Shown here in pieces: positions 9,794 to 19,774 of a DNA stretch of 64,000 nt; position 1 is the first letter of the stretch; every line of letters starts with the position of its first letter. This stretch comes from an uncultured Bacteroidales bacterium (lineage in GTDB: Bacteria > Bacteroidota > Bacteroidia > Bacteroidales > UBA1402). A program made the position numbers and the translations under genes. A model generated the notes under the pieces. That model was not told where the DNA came from. It did no database searches and saw only the letters and a list, made by a program, of their open reading frames with translations. Where the stretch lies: contig CAYYJF010000001.1 in assembly GCA_964472175.1 (NCBI GenBank), positions 40,950 to 104,949 on the forward strand. The letters run 5' to 3'.

Positions 9794-11631
9794 TTTGAAA
9801 TTTTTGTCTTTGGAATTAATTCTTTTGGCTTTTGCATCAATATGGGCAATTCATTCACATCCCATACTTCTTCGACATCCCAATTCTCCCTTAGTTTAAT
9901 GGACCTGGAATTATAAAACACCGATTCCGGCTGCCTGCTTTGTTCAAAAGCTCCCGGATCCCACTTCCCATTATTATTTTTATCTCGAATGGCACGCATA
10001 TAGTATACGCCTGGCAATAAATACTTGAAATCAGCAGTGGCATTGACCAATGGGAGGCGACGCACAACCTCATCCGACTTATTGAGCAACTCTACAAACC
10101 CATGGTCGTTCAAACCCTCTACAAACACTGTCAATCTCGAGTAATCACTTTCTGATTTTACTCTAAATGAAAGAGAAAGTGAATCATTGATCGCATCATA
10201 CAAGCCCCGGATTTTACCTGAATCAATTTTAATTTTATACTCCTTCCCGAAATCCCAGGTGGCATCGACATAGTATCTGCGAATTCGCACAGAATCCCGA
10301 TTAATTTTAAAAGTGCATTTTTGCCAAGTGGTATCCTTTTTGACCATCAGGTGCCATGCATCAAGAGCCAGATCCTGAACCGGTTCAGAAAATTCAATAA
10401 AAGGCCTCGAGAAAATATCCATCGTGTAAGGAATTTTCACATTCATCGAGAGTCTATTGACGACCACTGGTTTTGCTTTCTCTTCTTCTTCCTTTTTGTT
10501 GGTGGACTCAGATGGCTCTTTCTGTTGTTTTCTCAAGGGTCTGGAAAAGAAATTCAATGTATCTGTTTTCCAAACCAGTTGATTGAGGGTATCTGTCATC
10601 TGATATTCCATTTGCAAATACAGAGAATCTGTTTGAACCAACATGGTATCGCTAATCCAATAAGTCAAGGTATCGTTTGTTGGGCTTTTATCCAATTCAT
10701 ACCAGGGGTCCTGATGTTGATTGAGTAAGGTGACTTTTGGCATTGACTGAACAGGGGCTGCAAAAAACAATTGAATCCGGTTTCTTGAAACCCGCTCTTT
10801 CTTCTTGAGATATTGTTGTTGAAATGCTTCTTGATAATAATTCAAAACGACATCGTTTGGGAAAAAGCATGTCATGTTCTTTAAAATAATCGTATCAACG
10901 GTGATACTGTCTTTCCATATGGTATCGGCTTTGGTACAAAGTTCTGTTCTGGGGAAAAAAACGGAATCGTTAAAAGCGATTGGTTCACCTGGTTGATCAA
11001 ACATATAATCTCTGTTTTTATCCCCTAAAGCAAAAATTTTAAAGGGTACCTGCGGCAACCCTTTGACCACAAATGCTCCGTCCGAGCCACTTCTGGTAAT
11101 TTGACCAAACGGTTTGTTTTTGAAAACCAAGCTTTCGTTTCCTTCATGGGTTCCAATCAGAATTCCGGATAATGGATTTAAATTAGAGGCATCAATCACC
11201 GTTCCGGAGATTCTAAAACTATCCAAAACACTTCCGGTAGAGAAATTTAAAGCATAGTCCCCAAATTTATTCCCCTCATTGTAATCAACGATCGCATCGG
11301 TGAAATCAATCGTATACGTTTGATTCGGCTCCAATGTATCATTTAAAATGACCACAATTTTGTTCCCAATCGATTTTGCTTCGGGGGGAATTTTTTGAGG
11401 GGGAGACACCAGAACCTTTTCTGAAGGCGACTTCAAAGAAACCAGTTCATTAAACTTGATTTCAATGCGATTTTGTGAAACATTGAGCGCATTCTCAATC
11501 GGGGAAGATATTTCCAGCCGGGGGGGTGTGATATCTTTCGGTCCACCGGAAGGCGAACCGACACTGGCACAAGAAATCACAAACAAAACAAAAAAAACAA
11601 ATGTCGCAAACCGAAAATAAACTTCCTTCAT
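9790..11631 (-). CDS. Ig-like (Big_5) domain lipoprotein
   Basis: Lipobox VISC followed by ASVGSPSGGPKDITPP; FNELV; DFTDAIVDYNEGN; DKNNNGKWDPG. Confidence 0.75.
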   Translation of the reverse strand: MKEVYFRFATFVFFVLFVISCASVGSPSGGPKDITPPRLEISSPIENALNVSQNRIEIKFNELVSLKSPSEKVLVSPPQKIPPEAKSIGNKIVVILNDTLEPNQTYTIDFTDAIVDYNEGNKFGDYALNFSTGSVLDSFRISGTVIDASNLNPLSGILIGTHEGNESLVFKNKPFGQITRSGSDGAFVVKGLPQVPFKIFALGDKNRDYMFDQPGEPIAFNDSVFFPRTELCTKADTIWKDSITVDTIILKNMTCFFPNDVVLNYYQEAFQQQYLKKKERVSRNRIQLFFAAPVQSMPKVTLLNQHQDPWYELDKSPTNDTLTYWISDTMLVQTDSLYLQMEYQMTDTLNQLVWKTDTLNFFSRPLRKQQKEPSESTNKKEEEEKAKPVVVNRLSMNVKIPYTMDIFSRPFIEFSEPVQDLALDAWHLMVKKDTTWQKCTFKINRDSVRIRRYYVDATWDFGKEYKIKIDSGKIRGLYDAINDSLSLSFRVKSESDYSRLTVFVEGLNDHGFVELLNKSDEVVRRLPLVNATADFKYLLPGVYYMRAIRDKNNNGKWDPGAFEQSRQPESVFYNSRSIKLRENWDVEEVWDVNELPILMQKPKELIPKTKISK

Positions 11632-11679
11632 TCAATATCCTTTGAAAGACAACAGACAATAAGACTTATATCTCTTTTG

Positions 11680-11781
11680 CAAAGGTACTAGAAATTCGTT
11701 TCTCAAATGGTTGAACTTGTTAATTTTTAACACAACAAACAATTTGTTAAGGGCACAAACCTATTTTTTTGCATATCTTTG
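11680..11781. promoter_or_regulatory. Divergent -7 elements (TACCTTTG on - at 11680-11687; TATCTTTG on + at 11774-11781)
   Basis: Match TAnnTTTG upstream of the Ig-like gene and dapB. Confidence 0.65.
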
Positions 11782-11824
11782 CCGTTTGAATTGAGAGACA
11801 AATCGTTTTTTTTAAATTATATAT

Positions 11825-12538
11825 ATGAAGATTGCGTTAATTGGTTACGGGAAAATGGGGCATGAGATTGAAAGAATTGCTCTGGAAAGAGGTCATGAGA
11901 TTGTTTGCACCATTGATATTGGGAACCCCGAAGCTTTTGATTCCGACGCTTTCAAATCGGCGCAGGTAGCCATCGAATTTACCAGACCCGAATCCGCATT
12001 GAACAATTATAGAAAGTGCTTTGAAAAAAATATTTCTGTGGTGTCCGGAACAACTGGCTGGTTAAATGCAATTGAAGAAATTCAAACAGCCTGCAAAAAC
12101 GGACAGACCTTCTTTTATGCTTCAAATTTCAGTCTGGGTGTCAACCTTTTCTTTGCATTAAACAAAAAACTGGCAGAGATGATGCAAAACATTCCGGCTT
12201 ACGATGTACGCATGAAAGAAATTCACCATACCCAAAAACTGGATGCGCCCTCAGGAACAGCCATCACCCTGGCTGAAGACATTCTAAAAATATGTGACCA
12301 GAAAAAGCAGTGGGTCAATCAAATCAGCCCCGAAAAATCGGACTTAATGATTGTTTCTGAACGCACCGGAGCTGTTCCTGGATTTCATGAAATCACCTGG
12401 GAATCTGATGTGGATTCCATCACCATTGCACACGACGCAAAAAACAGGGTCGGTTTTGCCCTTGGAGCAGTATTGGCCGCAGAATTTACCGAAAACCACA
12501 CCGGTTTTCTATCAATGAATGATTTACTCGGGTTTTAA
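11825..12538 (+). CDS. dapB: 4-hydroxy-tetrahydrodipicolinate reductase
   Basis: GYGKMG, IEFT, VSGTTG, ASNFSLGVN, EIHHTQKLDAPSGTA. Confidence 0.95.
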   Translation: MKIALIGYGKMGHEIERIALERGHEIVCTIDIGNPEAFDSDAFKSAQVAIEFTRPESALNNYRKCFEKNISVVSGTTGWLNAIEEIQTACKNGQTFFYASNFSLGVNLFFALNKKLAEMMQNIPAYDVRMKEIHHTQKLDAPSGTAITLAEDILKICDQKKQWVNQISPEKSDLMIVSERTGAVPGFHEITWESDVDSITIAHDAKNRVGFALGAVLAAEFTENHTGFLSMNDLLGF

Positions 12539-12555
12539 TCTAACATCGAAATTCA

Positions 12556-14013
12556 ATGAGCCAGGATACAAATAAAAAGACCAAAAATTCAAAGAAATTG
12601 AAATGGATTCGCTTCTCCATTTGGACGATGATGACCATCCTTTTCTCCATTTGGACACAAAGTTTTTGGTGGTTGCTTGCAATCCCTATGTTTCTTGACC
12701 TATACATTACCCGCTACTTCCCATGGGGATTCTGGAAAAAATCTAAAAATAAATACTTTAAAAGCATCATGGATTGGGTTGATGCCATCGTATTTGCACT
12801 GATCGCTGTATACATCATCAACATTTACTTTTTTCAAAACTATCAAATACCTTCTTCTTCACTTGAAAAGTCACTCTTGGTAGGCGATTTCCTGTTTGTG
12901 AGTAAAGCAAGTTATGGGCCCAGAGTACCCAATACGCCATTGGCTTTTCCATTGGCGCATCACACCATTCCTGGTTTGAATATTAAATCCTATTCGGATA
13001 AACCACATTGGGGGTATAAAAGGGTTCCAGGTCTGGGAAAAATCAAAAGAAATGACATTGTCGTCTTCAATTATCCTGCTGGAGATTCAGTGACTATTAC
13101 CAAACCCATTCCGGATTATTATACCTTGAGTTACACCTTGGGGAGACAGTATCAAACTTCGACAGAGGTTGCCAGTAATTACATTAAAAACAACCCTGAT
13201 CTTTTCGGTAAATTGGTATACAGACCCGTCGATCGTCGGGAACATTATGTAAAAAGATGTATCGGACTGCCCGGAGAAACACTGGTCATTAAAAACAACC
13301 ACGTATTTATTGATGGCGTCAAAATTGAAGAAGAGCCTGGTGTACAATTCAACTATTTTGTTCAAACAAAAGGAGGATATATCACCGAAACCATGTTCCA
13401 ATCCTGGGGTATTACCAAGGAAGACTATTTAAACAGTAAGATTGACCTCAATGAGCTCGGATCTTTGGGCCTTCCATTTCATAAAAATACAAATGGAGCC
13501 TACAATCCGGTTTATATTCTACCGGCCACTAAAAGCACATTGAATAAAATCAAAAACAATCCTTTTATTGATACGGCATTTATTGAACCAGATATTATTA
13601 ATGGCATGAATTTCGGCGGGCCATCTTATCCATTAACCGATGAAAATTCCTGGACAAGAGACAATTACGGTCCCATCTGGATTCCTGCAAAAGGAGCGAC
13701 AATCAAATTAACTTTGGAAAATCTCCCCATCTATTTGCGTGTAATTGAAAACTACGAAGGACAATCAGTGGATGTCATAAATCAAAAAATTTACATCAAT
13801 GGGAAAGTTGTACAATCCTACACTTTTCAGATGGATTATTATTGGATGATGGGTGATAACAGGCACAATTCTGCAGACTCAAGGTCGTGGGGTTTCGTAC
13901 CTGAAGATCACGTTGTTGGGAAGCCCATTCTTGTCTGGTTGTCTTTGGATAAAGATAAAAGTTTGTTTGAAGGAAAAATTCGATGGAATCGATTTTTTAA
14001 ACGCGCTTACTAA
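12556..14013 (+). CDS. lepB: Signal peptidase I
   Basis: IPSSSL (Ser), YVKRCIGLPG (Lys), GDNRHNSADSRSWGFVP. Confidence 0.95.
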   Translation: MSQDTNKKTKNSKKLKWIRFSIWTMMTILFSIWTQSFWWLLAIPMFLDLYITRYFPWGFWKKSKNKYFKSIMDWVDAIVFALIAVYIINIYFFQNYQIPSSSLEKSLLVGDFLFVSKASYGPRVPNTPLAFPLAHHTIPGLNIKSYSDKPHWGYKRVPGLGKIKRNDIVVFNYPAGDSVTITKPIPDYYTLSYTLGRQYQTSTEVASNYIKNNPDLFGKLVYRPVDRREHYVKRCIGLPGETLVIKNNHVFIDGVKIEEEPGVQFNYFVQTKGGYITETMFQSWGITKEDYLNSKIDLNELGSLGLPFHKNTNGAYNPVYILPATKSTLNKIKNNPFIDTAFIEPDIINGMNFGGPSYPLTDENSWTRDNYGPIWIPAKGATIKLTLENLPIYLRVIENYEGQSVDVINQKIYINGKVVQSYTFQMDYYWMMGDNRHNSADSRSWGFVPEDHVVGKPILVWLSLDKDKSLFEGKIRWNRFFKRAY

Positions 14014-14036
14014 AAGTATTAACCAAAATACAAAGC

Positions 14037-14927
14037 ATGAAAATCAGACCAATTATTCTGATTTTATTTATTGCTGCATTTATTGCAATGACAATTCGGG
14101 TGTTTTTCATAGAATCTTACAAAATAGCAACAGATTCAATGTCAGACACGCACAAATCTGGAGTATGTCTGCTTGTTGAGAAGTGGACACTTGGAGCACT
14201 TATCCCTTTTAGTCATAGGCAAAGGGTTTCCGGATTTGGCTCGATTGAAAGAAACGATTTGATTGTATATAAACAACCACTTATCAGGCCCTCTTCCCCC
14301 AGAAATCGCGACCTGCTCAGTCGATGTATCGGATTGCCGGGAGAAACGCTCTATTTGAGCAACGATACCGTTCTTGTGAACAATCAATTATTAAACAGAC
14401 CAAAGACCATCGTTGAATGCTATCGTTTTTCTTCGGAAGCAGAAAACACGTTAAAAAAGCAAATCATTCGACTGAAATTAAGCGCAGCCATTTACGAAAA
14501 AGGGGATGTTGGATATGTCTATTTGAACAAATGGGATTGGTATAAATTATATACCAGCAAACCATTGGAAAAATCCACTCTACAAAAGGAATCATGGGTC
14601 ATGCAACCCATACACTTGAAAATACCCAAAAAAGGAATGAAAATTCCTCTGAATGACAGCACATTACAATTGTATGGTAACCTCATACAAAATTTTGAAG
14701 AGGTAAAAATTACAAGAGATTCCGTCGGTAGAATCTATAAAAACGGATATTTGGCACATCTCTATGTCTTCAAACAAAATTACTACTTTTTGATGAACGA
14801 CCATCAAGGGCATTTAAATGACAGCAGACAATTTGGAGTCATTCCCGAATCCTTGTTTGTTGGCAGGGCTTGTTTTGTTTTATTCTCACCTGAGAACAAA
14901 CGATTTATGCAAAAAATATCGAATTAA
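14037..14927 (+). CDS. Signal peptidase I paralogue, probably non-catalytic
   Basis: S26 fold motifs present but LLSRCIGLPG has Ser (codon 14319-14321) where lepB has the catalytic Lys. Confidence 0.8.
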   Translation: MKIRPIILILFIAAFIAMTIRVFFIESYKIATDSMSDTHKSGVCLLVEKWTLGALIPFSHRQRVSGFGSIERNDLIVYKQPLIRPSSPRNRDLLSRCIGLPGETLYLSNDTVLVNNQLLNRPKTIVECYRFSSEAENTLKKQIIRLKLSAAIYEKGDVGYVYLNKWDWYKLYTSKPLEKSTLQKESWVMQPIHLKIPKKGMKIPLNDSTLQLYGNLIQNFEEVKITRDSVGRIYKNGYLAHLYVFKQNYYFLMNDHQGHLNDSRQFGVIPESLFVGRACFVLFSPENKRFMQKISN

Positions 14928-14929
14928 GT

Positions 14930-15568
14930 ATGTCTCTGTCCTATTTCTCCATTGCTTATTTTGCACCCATTCAATATTATTGGCATTGGAATCAGTCTAA
15001 AACAGTAGTGATTGATGGTGGAGAACACTACCAAAAACAAAGCTGGAGAAACCGTTGTCAGATAGCAACGGCAAACGGCCCCTTATCTTTAAGCATCCCC
15101 ATTCTTTCAAATGGTGAGAAGAGCATATGTGATGTACAAATTTCAGACCATGGAAATTGGCAATCAAAACATCTTGTTGCCATTGAATCTGCCTATCAGT
15201 CCAGTCCGTTTTTTGAATATTACTACGACGACATTCGGGAATTAATTCAGCAAAAAGGCATCGGTTTGTTTGAATTCAACCGATCCATTCACGAAAAGAT
15301 GTGCGCCTGGCTTAACATATCCAAGCCATACCACATTCAAACAACTGAATTGCAATTGGAGGATGCTACAAGCAAAATAAACGACTTTAGAGCAAGCATT
15401 CATCCCAAAATCAATTGGAAAGAAACCGATTGCGCCTTTCAATCCACACCTTATTATCAAGTTTTTGAGGCCAAATTTGGTTTTTTGGAGAATTTAAGCA
15501 TTCTTGATCTGCTTTTCAATATGGGACCAGAGTCTATCCTTTATTTGATGGATAGGTCTCAATCATAA
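14930..15568 (+). CDS. WbqC family protein
   Basis: EHYQKQSWRNRC, AYQSSPFFEYY, NLSILDLLFNMGP. Confidence 0.85.
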   Translation: MSLSYFSIAYFAPIQYYWHWNQSKTVVIDGGEHYQKQSWRNRCQIATANGPLSLSIPILSNGEKSICDVQISDHGNWQSKHLVAIESAYQSSPFFEYYYDDIRELIQQKGIGLFEFNRSIHEKMCAWLNISKPYHIQTTELQLEDATSKINDFRASIHPKINWKETDCAFQSTPYYQVFEAKFGFLENLSILDLLFNMGPESILYLMDRSQS

Positions 15569-16806
15569 ATAATTCTGTTCAGCTTTTTAATCTCAAGAAT
15601 TTCATTGGCAATGTCCATTAAGTCGAGCGCTTTAAAAGTAAGAACATGATTCATGACTTCCTCCATGCTATCGTATTTATTGAAATGCAATAGACTCTTT
15701 CCCATGGCCAAAGTCGCATTTTCTTTGTTTTCTGAAGAAATGGCCATCTGCCCAAAAAGCTGATTTTGAGCAGACTTTAATTGCCTATCGGTGAGCTTAT
15801 TATCCATGAGCAGCCTCAATTCTTTTTCAACAATGGTCAAACATTGATCCAAATTGGAGGGATCGGTACCAAGATAAATGGTAAACAATCCTGTATCGGA
15901 ATAGGAGGAAACCCCCGACTCCACAGAATACACCAATCCACGCTTTTCTCTCAAAGAAACATTCAAACGGCTGTTCATCCCCGGCCCTCCAAGGATGTTG
16001 CTGAGCAACACCATCCCAACCCTCTTTGGATCATTCAACGCATAATTTTTGCCACCAATAATCACATGCGCCTGGTGCGTATCTTTATGAAGCGTTTGGA
16101 TCATTCCCCGATGCGGATTCGGCAGCAGGGAGTTCGATTTCATCGCTTTTTTCCTAGGCAAAACCGACAAATACTTATCGATTAATTTATTGAAATGCTT
16201 CGTTGAAATGGAGGATTGTGAATAAAATACAAGCCTCTCCGTATCATAATTCCTTTCTAAGAAATCCACAAAATGCTGCTGGTCAAAAGCATTCAAAGAA
16301 TCTGGTGATCCCAAAATACGTCTTCCAATGGGATGCTGCCCATACAATAAAGCTTCAAAATCATCAAAAATCAGATCCGAGGGAGAATCTTCATATGAAT
16401 TGATTTCATCCATGATGACCAAACGCTCTTTCTCAATCTCTGAAGTTTGAAAGACGGAGTGATGCACCAAATCTGTCAACAATTCAATGGCCCTTTCATA
16501 GTCTTTTTCCAAAAACATGGAATACACATACAATTCTTCCTTGGTGGTATAGGCATTCAACTCTCCGCCAACGGTTTCCATCCGGTTCAGGATATGATGC
16601 GGCCTTCTGTTTGTGGTCCCTTTAAACAACATATGCTCCGTAAAATGAGCCAATCCGGATTCAAAATCCAGCTCATCCCGGGAGCCAACCTGCAGCACAA
16701 AACCGCAACAAGAGACCAAACCGACACAGGATTTATGAATCACCCTGATGCCATTGGGGAGGTTTAGAATAGTGGTAGAAGGATCCATCGGTGAGGTCGT
16801 TTTCAT
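15559..16806 (-). CDS. M16 family zinc peptidase
   Basis: Inverted zinc motif HFTEH; GGELNAYT; LREKRGLVY. Confidence 0.92.
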   Translation of the reverse strand: MKTTSPMDPSTTILNLPNGIRVIHKSCVGLVSCCGFVLQVGSRDELDFESGLAHFTEHMLFKGTTNRRPHHILNRMETVGGELNAYTTKEELYVYSMFLEKDYERAIELLTDLVHHSVFQTSEIEKERLVIMDEINSYEDSPSDLIFDDFEALLYGQHPIGRRILGSPDSLNAFDQQHFVDFLERNYDTERLVFYSQSSISTKHFNKLIDKYLSVLPRKKAMKSNSLLPNPHRGMIQTLHKDTHQAHVIIGGKNYALNDPKRVGMVLLSNILGGPGMNSRLNVSLREKRGLVYSVESGVSSYSDTGLFTIYLGTDPSNLDQCLTIVEKELRLLMDNKLTDRQLKSAQNQLFGQMAISSENKENATLAMGKSLLHFNKYDSMEEVMNHVLTFKALDLMDIANEILEIKKLNRIIYD

Positions 16807-17732
16807 CTTTTATTTGAATAACTAGCTGCGAACTCTTTCGATAAAGAGTTTTCGTAGGATTGGCAAACCTCGGAAGCGAAATCCAATCCACATTCAATAA
16901 TGTAGTCCCAATCGGACTCCCTTAAATGTATCAAATCGAATTTTGAAACACCGGCATGATACAAAGCAAATAAAATACCGGCATTGAAATTATCCCCTGC
17001 ACCCACCGTACTCACCGGCTGAATGGATTTGGACTCATATTGCTTCTTGAAATTTGGCGTTCTGACAACAACACCCTTTTCTGCATACGTACAAATGAAG
17101 ATTTGCGTGTAGAATTGAATTTTTTCTTTATACACTTTGTCCATATCCGTCGTGTTGTACATATAGAAAAAATCATCCACAGAACCTCGAATAATGTCTG
17201 AAAATTCGAAATTTTCAATAAACGTAGGCGTTAAACGAATGGACTCGTTCGCATGTGTAGATCTAAAATTTACATCGTAATACACGATGGCTTTCCTGTC
17301 GGTGGCAAATTGAAGCAAATCCAGCATTCTTGGGCGCAAAACCGGGTTGATGGCATAATAGGAACCAAACAGAACCAAATCATCTGCTTCCAGGATTGGA
17401 TACCCAGTTTCAAGCCTATTGTTTGGATAATCTTTGTAAAAAAGATATTCAGCATCATTTTGCGCATTTAAAAAAGCCAGTGAAACGGGCGATTTTCCAT
17501 CAGGGAAAGTATCAATGTATTCAGTCGTCAGATGACTTTCAGCCATATAATCCTTGATGATTTTCCCAACCCTGTCATTTCCAATTTCGCTGATAAAAAT
17601 TGCAGGCAAGCCCATACGTCCCAACGATATTAAACCATTGAATGAAGATCCACCCGGAACAGCACGAACTGGCTGATTCTCTTTAAAAAGGATATCCAGA
17701 ATGGTTTCACCAATGCCTACAATCTTCTTCAT
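16803..17732 (-). CDS. PfkB family carbohydrate kinase (fructokinase-like)
   Basis: GETILD, PGGS, YDVNFR, STVGAGDNF anion-hole motif. Confidence 0.9.
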   Translation of the reverse strand: MKKIVGIGETILDILFKENQPVRAVPGGSSFNGLISLGRMGLPAIFISEIGNDRVGKIIKDYMAESHLTTEYIDTFPDGKSPVSLAFLNAQNDAEYLFYKDYPNNRLETGYPILEADDLVLFGSYYAINPVLRPRMLDLLQFATDRKAIVYYDVNFRSTHANESIRLTPTFIENFEFSDIIRGSVDDFFYMYNTTDMDKVYKEKIQFYTQIFICTYAEKGVVVRTPNFKKQYESKSIQPVSTVGAGDNFNAGILFALYHAGVSKFDLIHLRESDWDYIIECGLDFASEVCQSYENSLSKEFAASYSNKR

Positions 17733-17820
17733 ATATCTAAATTTAAAAAAATGGAGTCAAACTTAAGGTATTCAGCTATAATAGGCAAGAAAATCAGGAT
17801 AATATTTGAAAAAATATGTC

Positions 17821-17828
17821 TACCTTTG
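17821..17828 (+). promoter_or_regulatory. -7 promoter element (TACCTTTG) of DEAD-box helicase
   Basis: Exact TAnnTTTG 38 nt upstream of ATG; short GCTGTT/AACAGC stem in the leader. Confidence 0.65.
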
Positions 17829-17866
17829 CACCCGCTGTTGCTGATAACAGCATTTAAATTAATTTA

Positions 17867-19726
17867 ATGAAGACATTTGAAGAATTGGGAATCGCACCCG
17901 CTATTTTAAAAGCGATTTCCGACCTGGGTTATGAACAGCCCATGCCCGTACAAGAAGAAGTTATTCCATTCTTACTTGGCGATGACAACGACGTCATAGC
18001 CTTAGCTCAAACCGGTACAGGAAAAACGGCAGCATTCGGTTTGCCTATTATCCAAAAAATTGACGTTTCAACTTTCAAACCACAAGCATTGGTTCTTTGT
18101 CCTACCCGTGAATTGTGTTTACAAATTGCAGACGATTTAAACGACTATTCCCAATACATCGATGATTTAAAAGTTTTGCCGGTATACGGTGGATCCAGCA
18201 TTGAAAGCCAAATTAAAACGTTGAAAAGAGGTGTGCACATTGTTGTTGCAACTCCAGGCCGTCTATTGGATTTGATGAACAGAAGATGCGTTGACTTAAG
18301 AAGCATTAAAAACGTCATTATGGACGAAGCAGACGAAATGCTCAATATGGGTTTTTCGGAAAGTATCGATGCCATCCTGGCTGAAGTGCCCACAGAAAGA
18401 AACATGTTGCTATTTTCTGCGACAATGCCCTCCGAAATCGCACGCATTACTGGAAAATATATGAAACATCCACGTGAAATCGTGGTCGGAAACAAAAACG
18501 AAAGTACTGCCAATGTGAAACATGTATATTACATGGTTCATGCCAAGGATAAATACCAGACATTGAAACGTATTGCAGACTTTTATCCAAACATTTACGG
18601 GATTATTTTCTGCCGTACAAGAAAAGACACCCAAGAAATTGCAGACAAACTGATTCAAGACGGATATAGTGCAGATTCTCTACACGGAGACCTCTCTCAA
18701 TCTCAAAGAGACTACGTGATGAATAAATTTCGTCTCAGAACCATTCAATTGCTTGTTGCAACCGATGTTGCAGCTAGAGGATTGGATGTGAACGATTTGA
18801 CACATGTCATCAATTTCAGTTTGCCCGATGATGCTGAAACTTATACACACCGAAGTGGTAGAACCGGTAGAGCAGGGAAAACAGGCATCTCCATTGCCAT
18901 CACCCACATCAAGGAAAAAGGCAAAATCAAGGAGATTGAGCGTAAAATCAACAAAACTTTTGTTGCTGCCACCATGCCAACTGGTCAGGCAATTTGTGAA
19001 AAACAAATATTCCATTTTTTCGATCAAATTGAAAAAGTAAAAGTGAATGAAGAAGAAATTCAGCCTTTACTTCCTCAAATTTACAGGAAACTGGAATGGC
19101 TTGAAAAAGAAGATCTTTTGAAACGCGTTGCCTCATTGGAACTTAATCGAATGTTGGAATACTATCGCGATACGCAAGATATCAATACAGTAGATGAAAA
19201 TTCCAAAAGAGAACGCCCTGAAAGAGACAGAGAATCGACAGGACCTGAACCCGGATTTAGCAAAATCTTTATCGGATTGGGTAAAATGGACGGCATCAAC
19301 CCCAAAAATCTCATGGATTTGGTCAATGATTATGTTGAAGGCCGCGTTCGAATCGGGAAAATCGATTTCTTTACCAGATATTCGCTTTTTGATGTAGAAG
19401 AAGCCTCTGCTAAAACAGTCGTCAATGCGCTTCGCAATTTGGATTTCCTTGGAAGAAATGTCAAGGTTGATTTTGCCACAGAAGAGCAAATGAACCGTGG
19501 ACAAAAGGAAAAATACGGTGAAGGTTCCAGCAACCCTTTCAGAAAAGGCCGTTCACAAGGTGGTGGAGGCTACAAAAGAGAAGGTGGAAGCAGGGATAGA
19601 AAACCTGGTGCTTCTGGTTCAGGCGGTTACAAAAAGAGTTCAGGAAACGCTGGAGGAGGAAGAAGAGATGACAAGCGATCAGGCGGTTATGGCGGAAGCT
19701 CCGAGAGAAGAAATAAAAAATATTAA
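17867..19726 (+). CDS. deaD: DEAD-box RNA helicase (DeaD/CsdA type) with DbpA-like C-domain and G/R/K-rich tail
   Basis: AQTGTGKT, PTREL, DEAD, SAT, ARGLD, HRSGRTGRAG. Confidence 0.9.
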   Translation: MKTFEELGIAPAILKAISDLGYEQPMPVQEEVIPFLLGDDNDVIALAQTGTGKTAAFGLPIIQKIDVSTFKPQALVLCPTRELCLQIADDLNDYSQYIDDLKVLPVYGGSSIESQIKTLKRGVHIVVATPGRLLDLMNRRCVDLRSIKNVIMDEADEMLNMGFSESIDAILAEVPTERNMLLFSATMPSEIARITGKYMKHPREIVVGNKNESTANVKHVYYMVHAKDKYQTLKRIADFYPNIYGIIFCRTRKDTQEIADKLIQDGYSADSLHGDLSQSQRDYVMNKFRLRTIQLLVATDVAARGLDVNDLTHVINFSLPDDAETYTHRSGRTGRAGKTGISIAITHIKEKGKIKEIERKINKTFVAATMPTGQAICEKQIFHFFDQIEKVKVNEEEIQPLLPQIYRKLEWLEKEDLLKRVASLELNRMLEYYRDTQDINTVDENSKRERPERDRESTGPEPGFSKIFIGLGKMDGINPKNLMDLVNDYVEGRVRIGKIDFFTRYSLFDVEEASAKTVVNALRNLDFLGRNVKVDFATEEQMNRGQKEKYGEGSSNPFRKGRSQGGGGYKREGGSRDRKPGASGSGGYKKSSGNAGGGRRDDKRSGGYGGSSERRNKKY

Positions 19727-19735
19727 TGATTCAGT

Positions 19736-19761
19736 ATGGCTGCCCCTCATAAGGCAGCCAT
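19736..19761 (+). terminator. Hairpin downstream of deaD (ATGGCTGCC-8nt-GGCAGCCAT)
   Basis: Perfect 9-bp stem followed by only a weak U tract (CATTTTG); may be an attenuator or processing site. Confidence 0.55.
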
Positions 19762-19774
19762 CATTTTGTAAAAT

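Noticed and set aside
18466-18481. CACGTG-centred sequence in deaD as a second parS
   Set aside because: Flanks (ACATC/AAATC) match the parS arms poorly; other CACGTG sites seen (e.g. in fabF, mutS, miaB) are likewise non-matching
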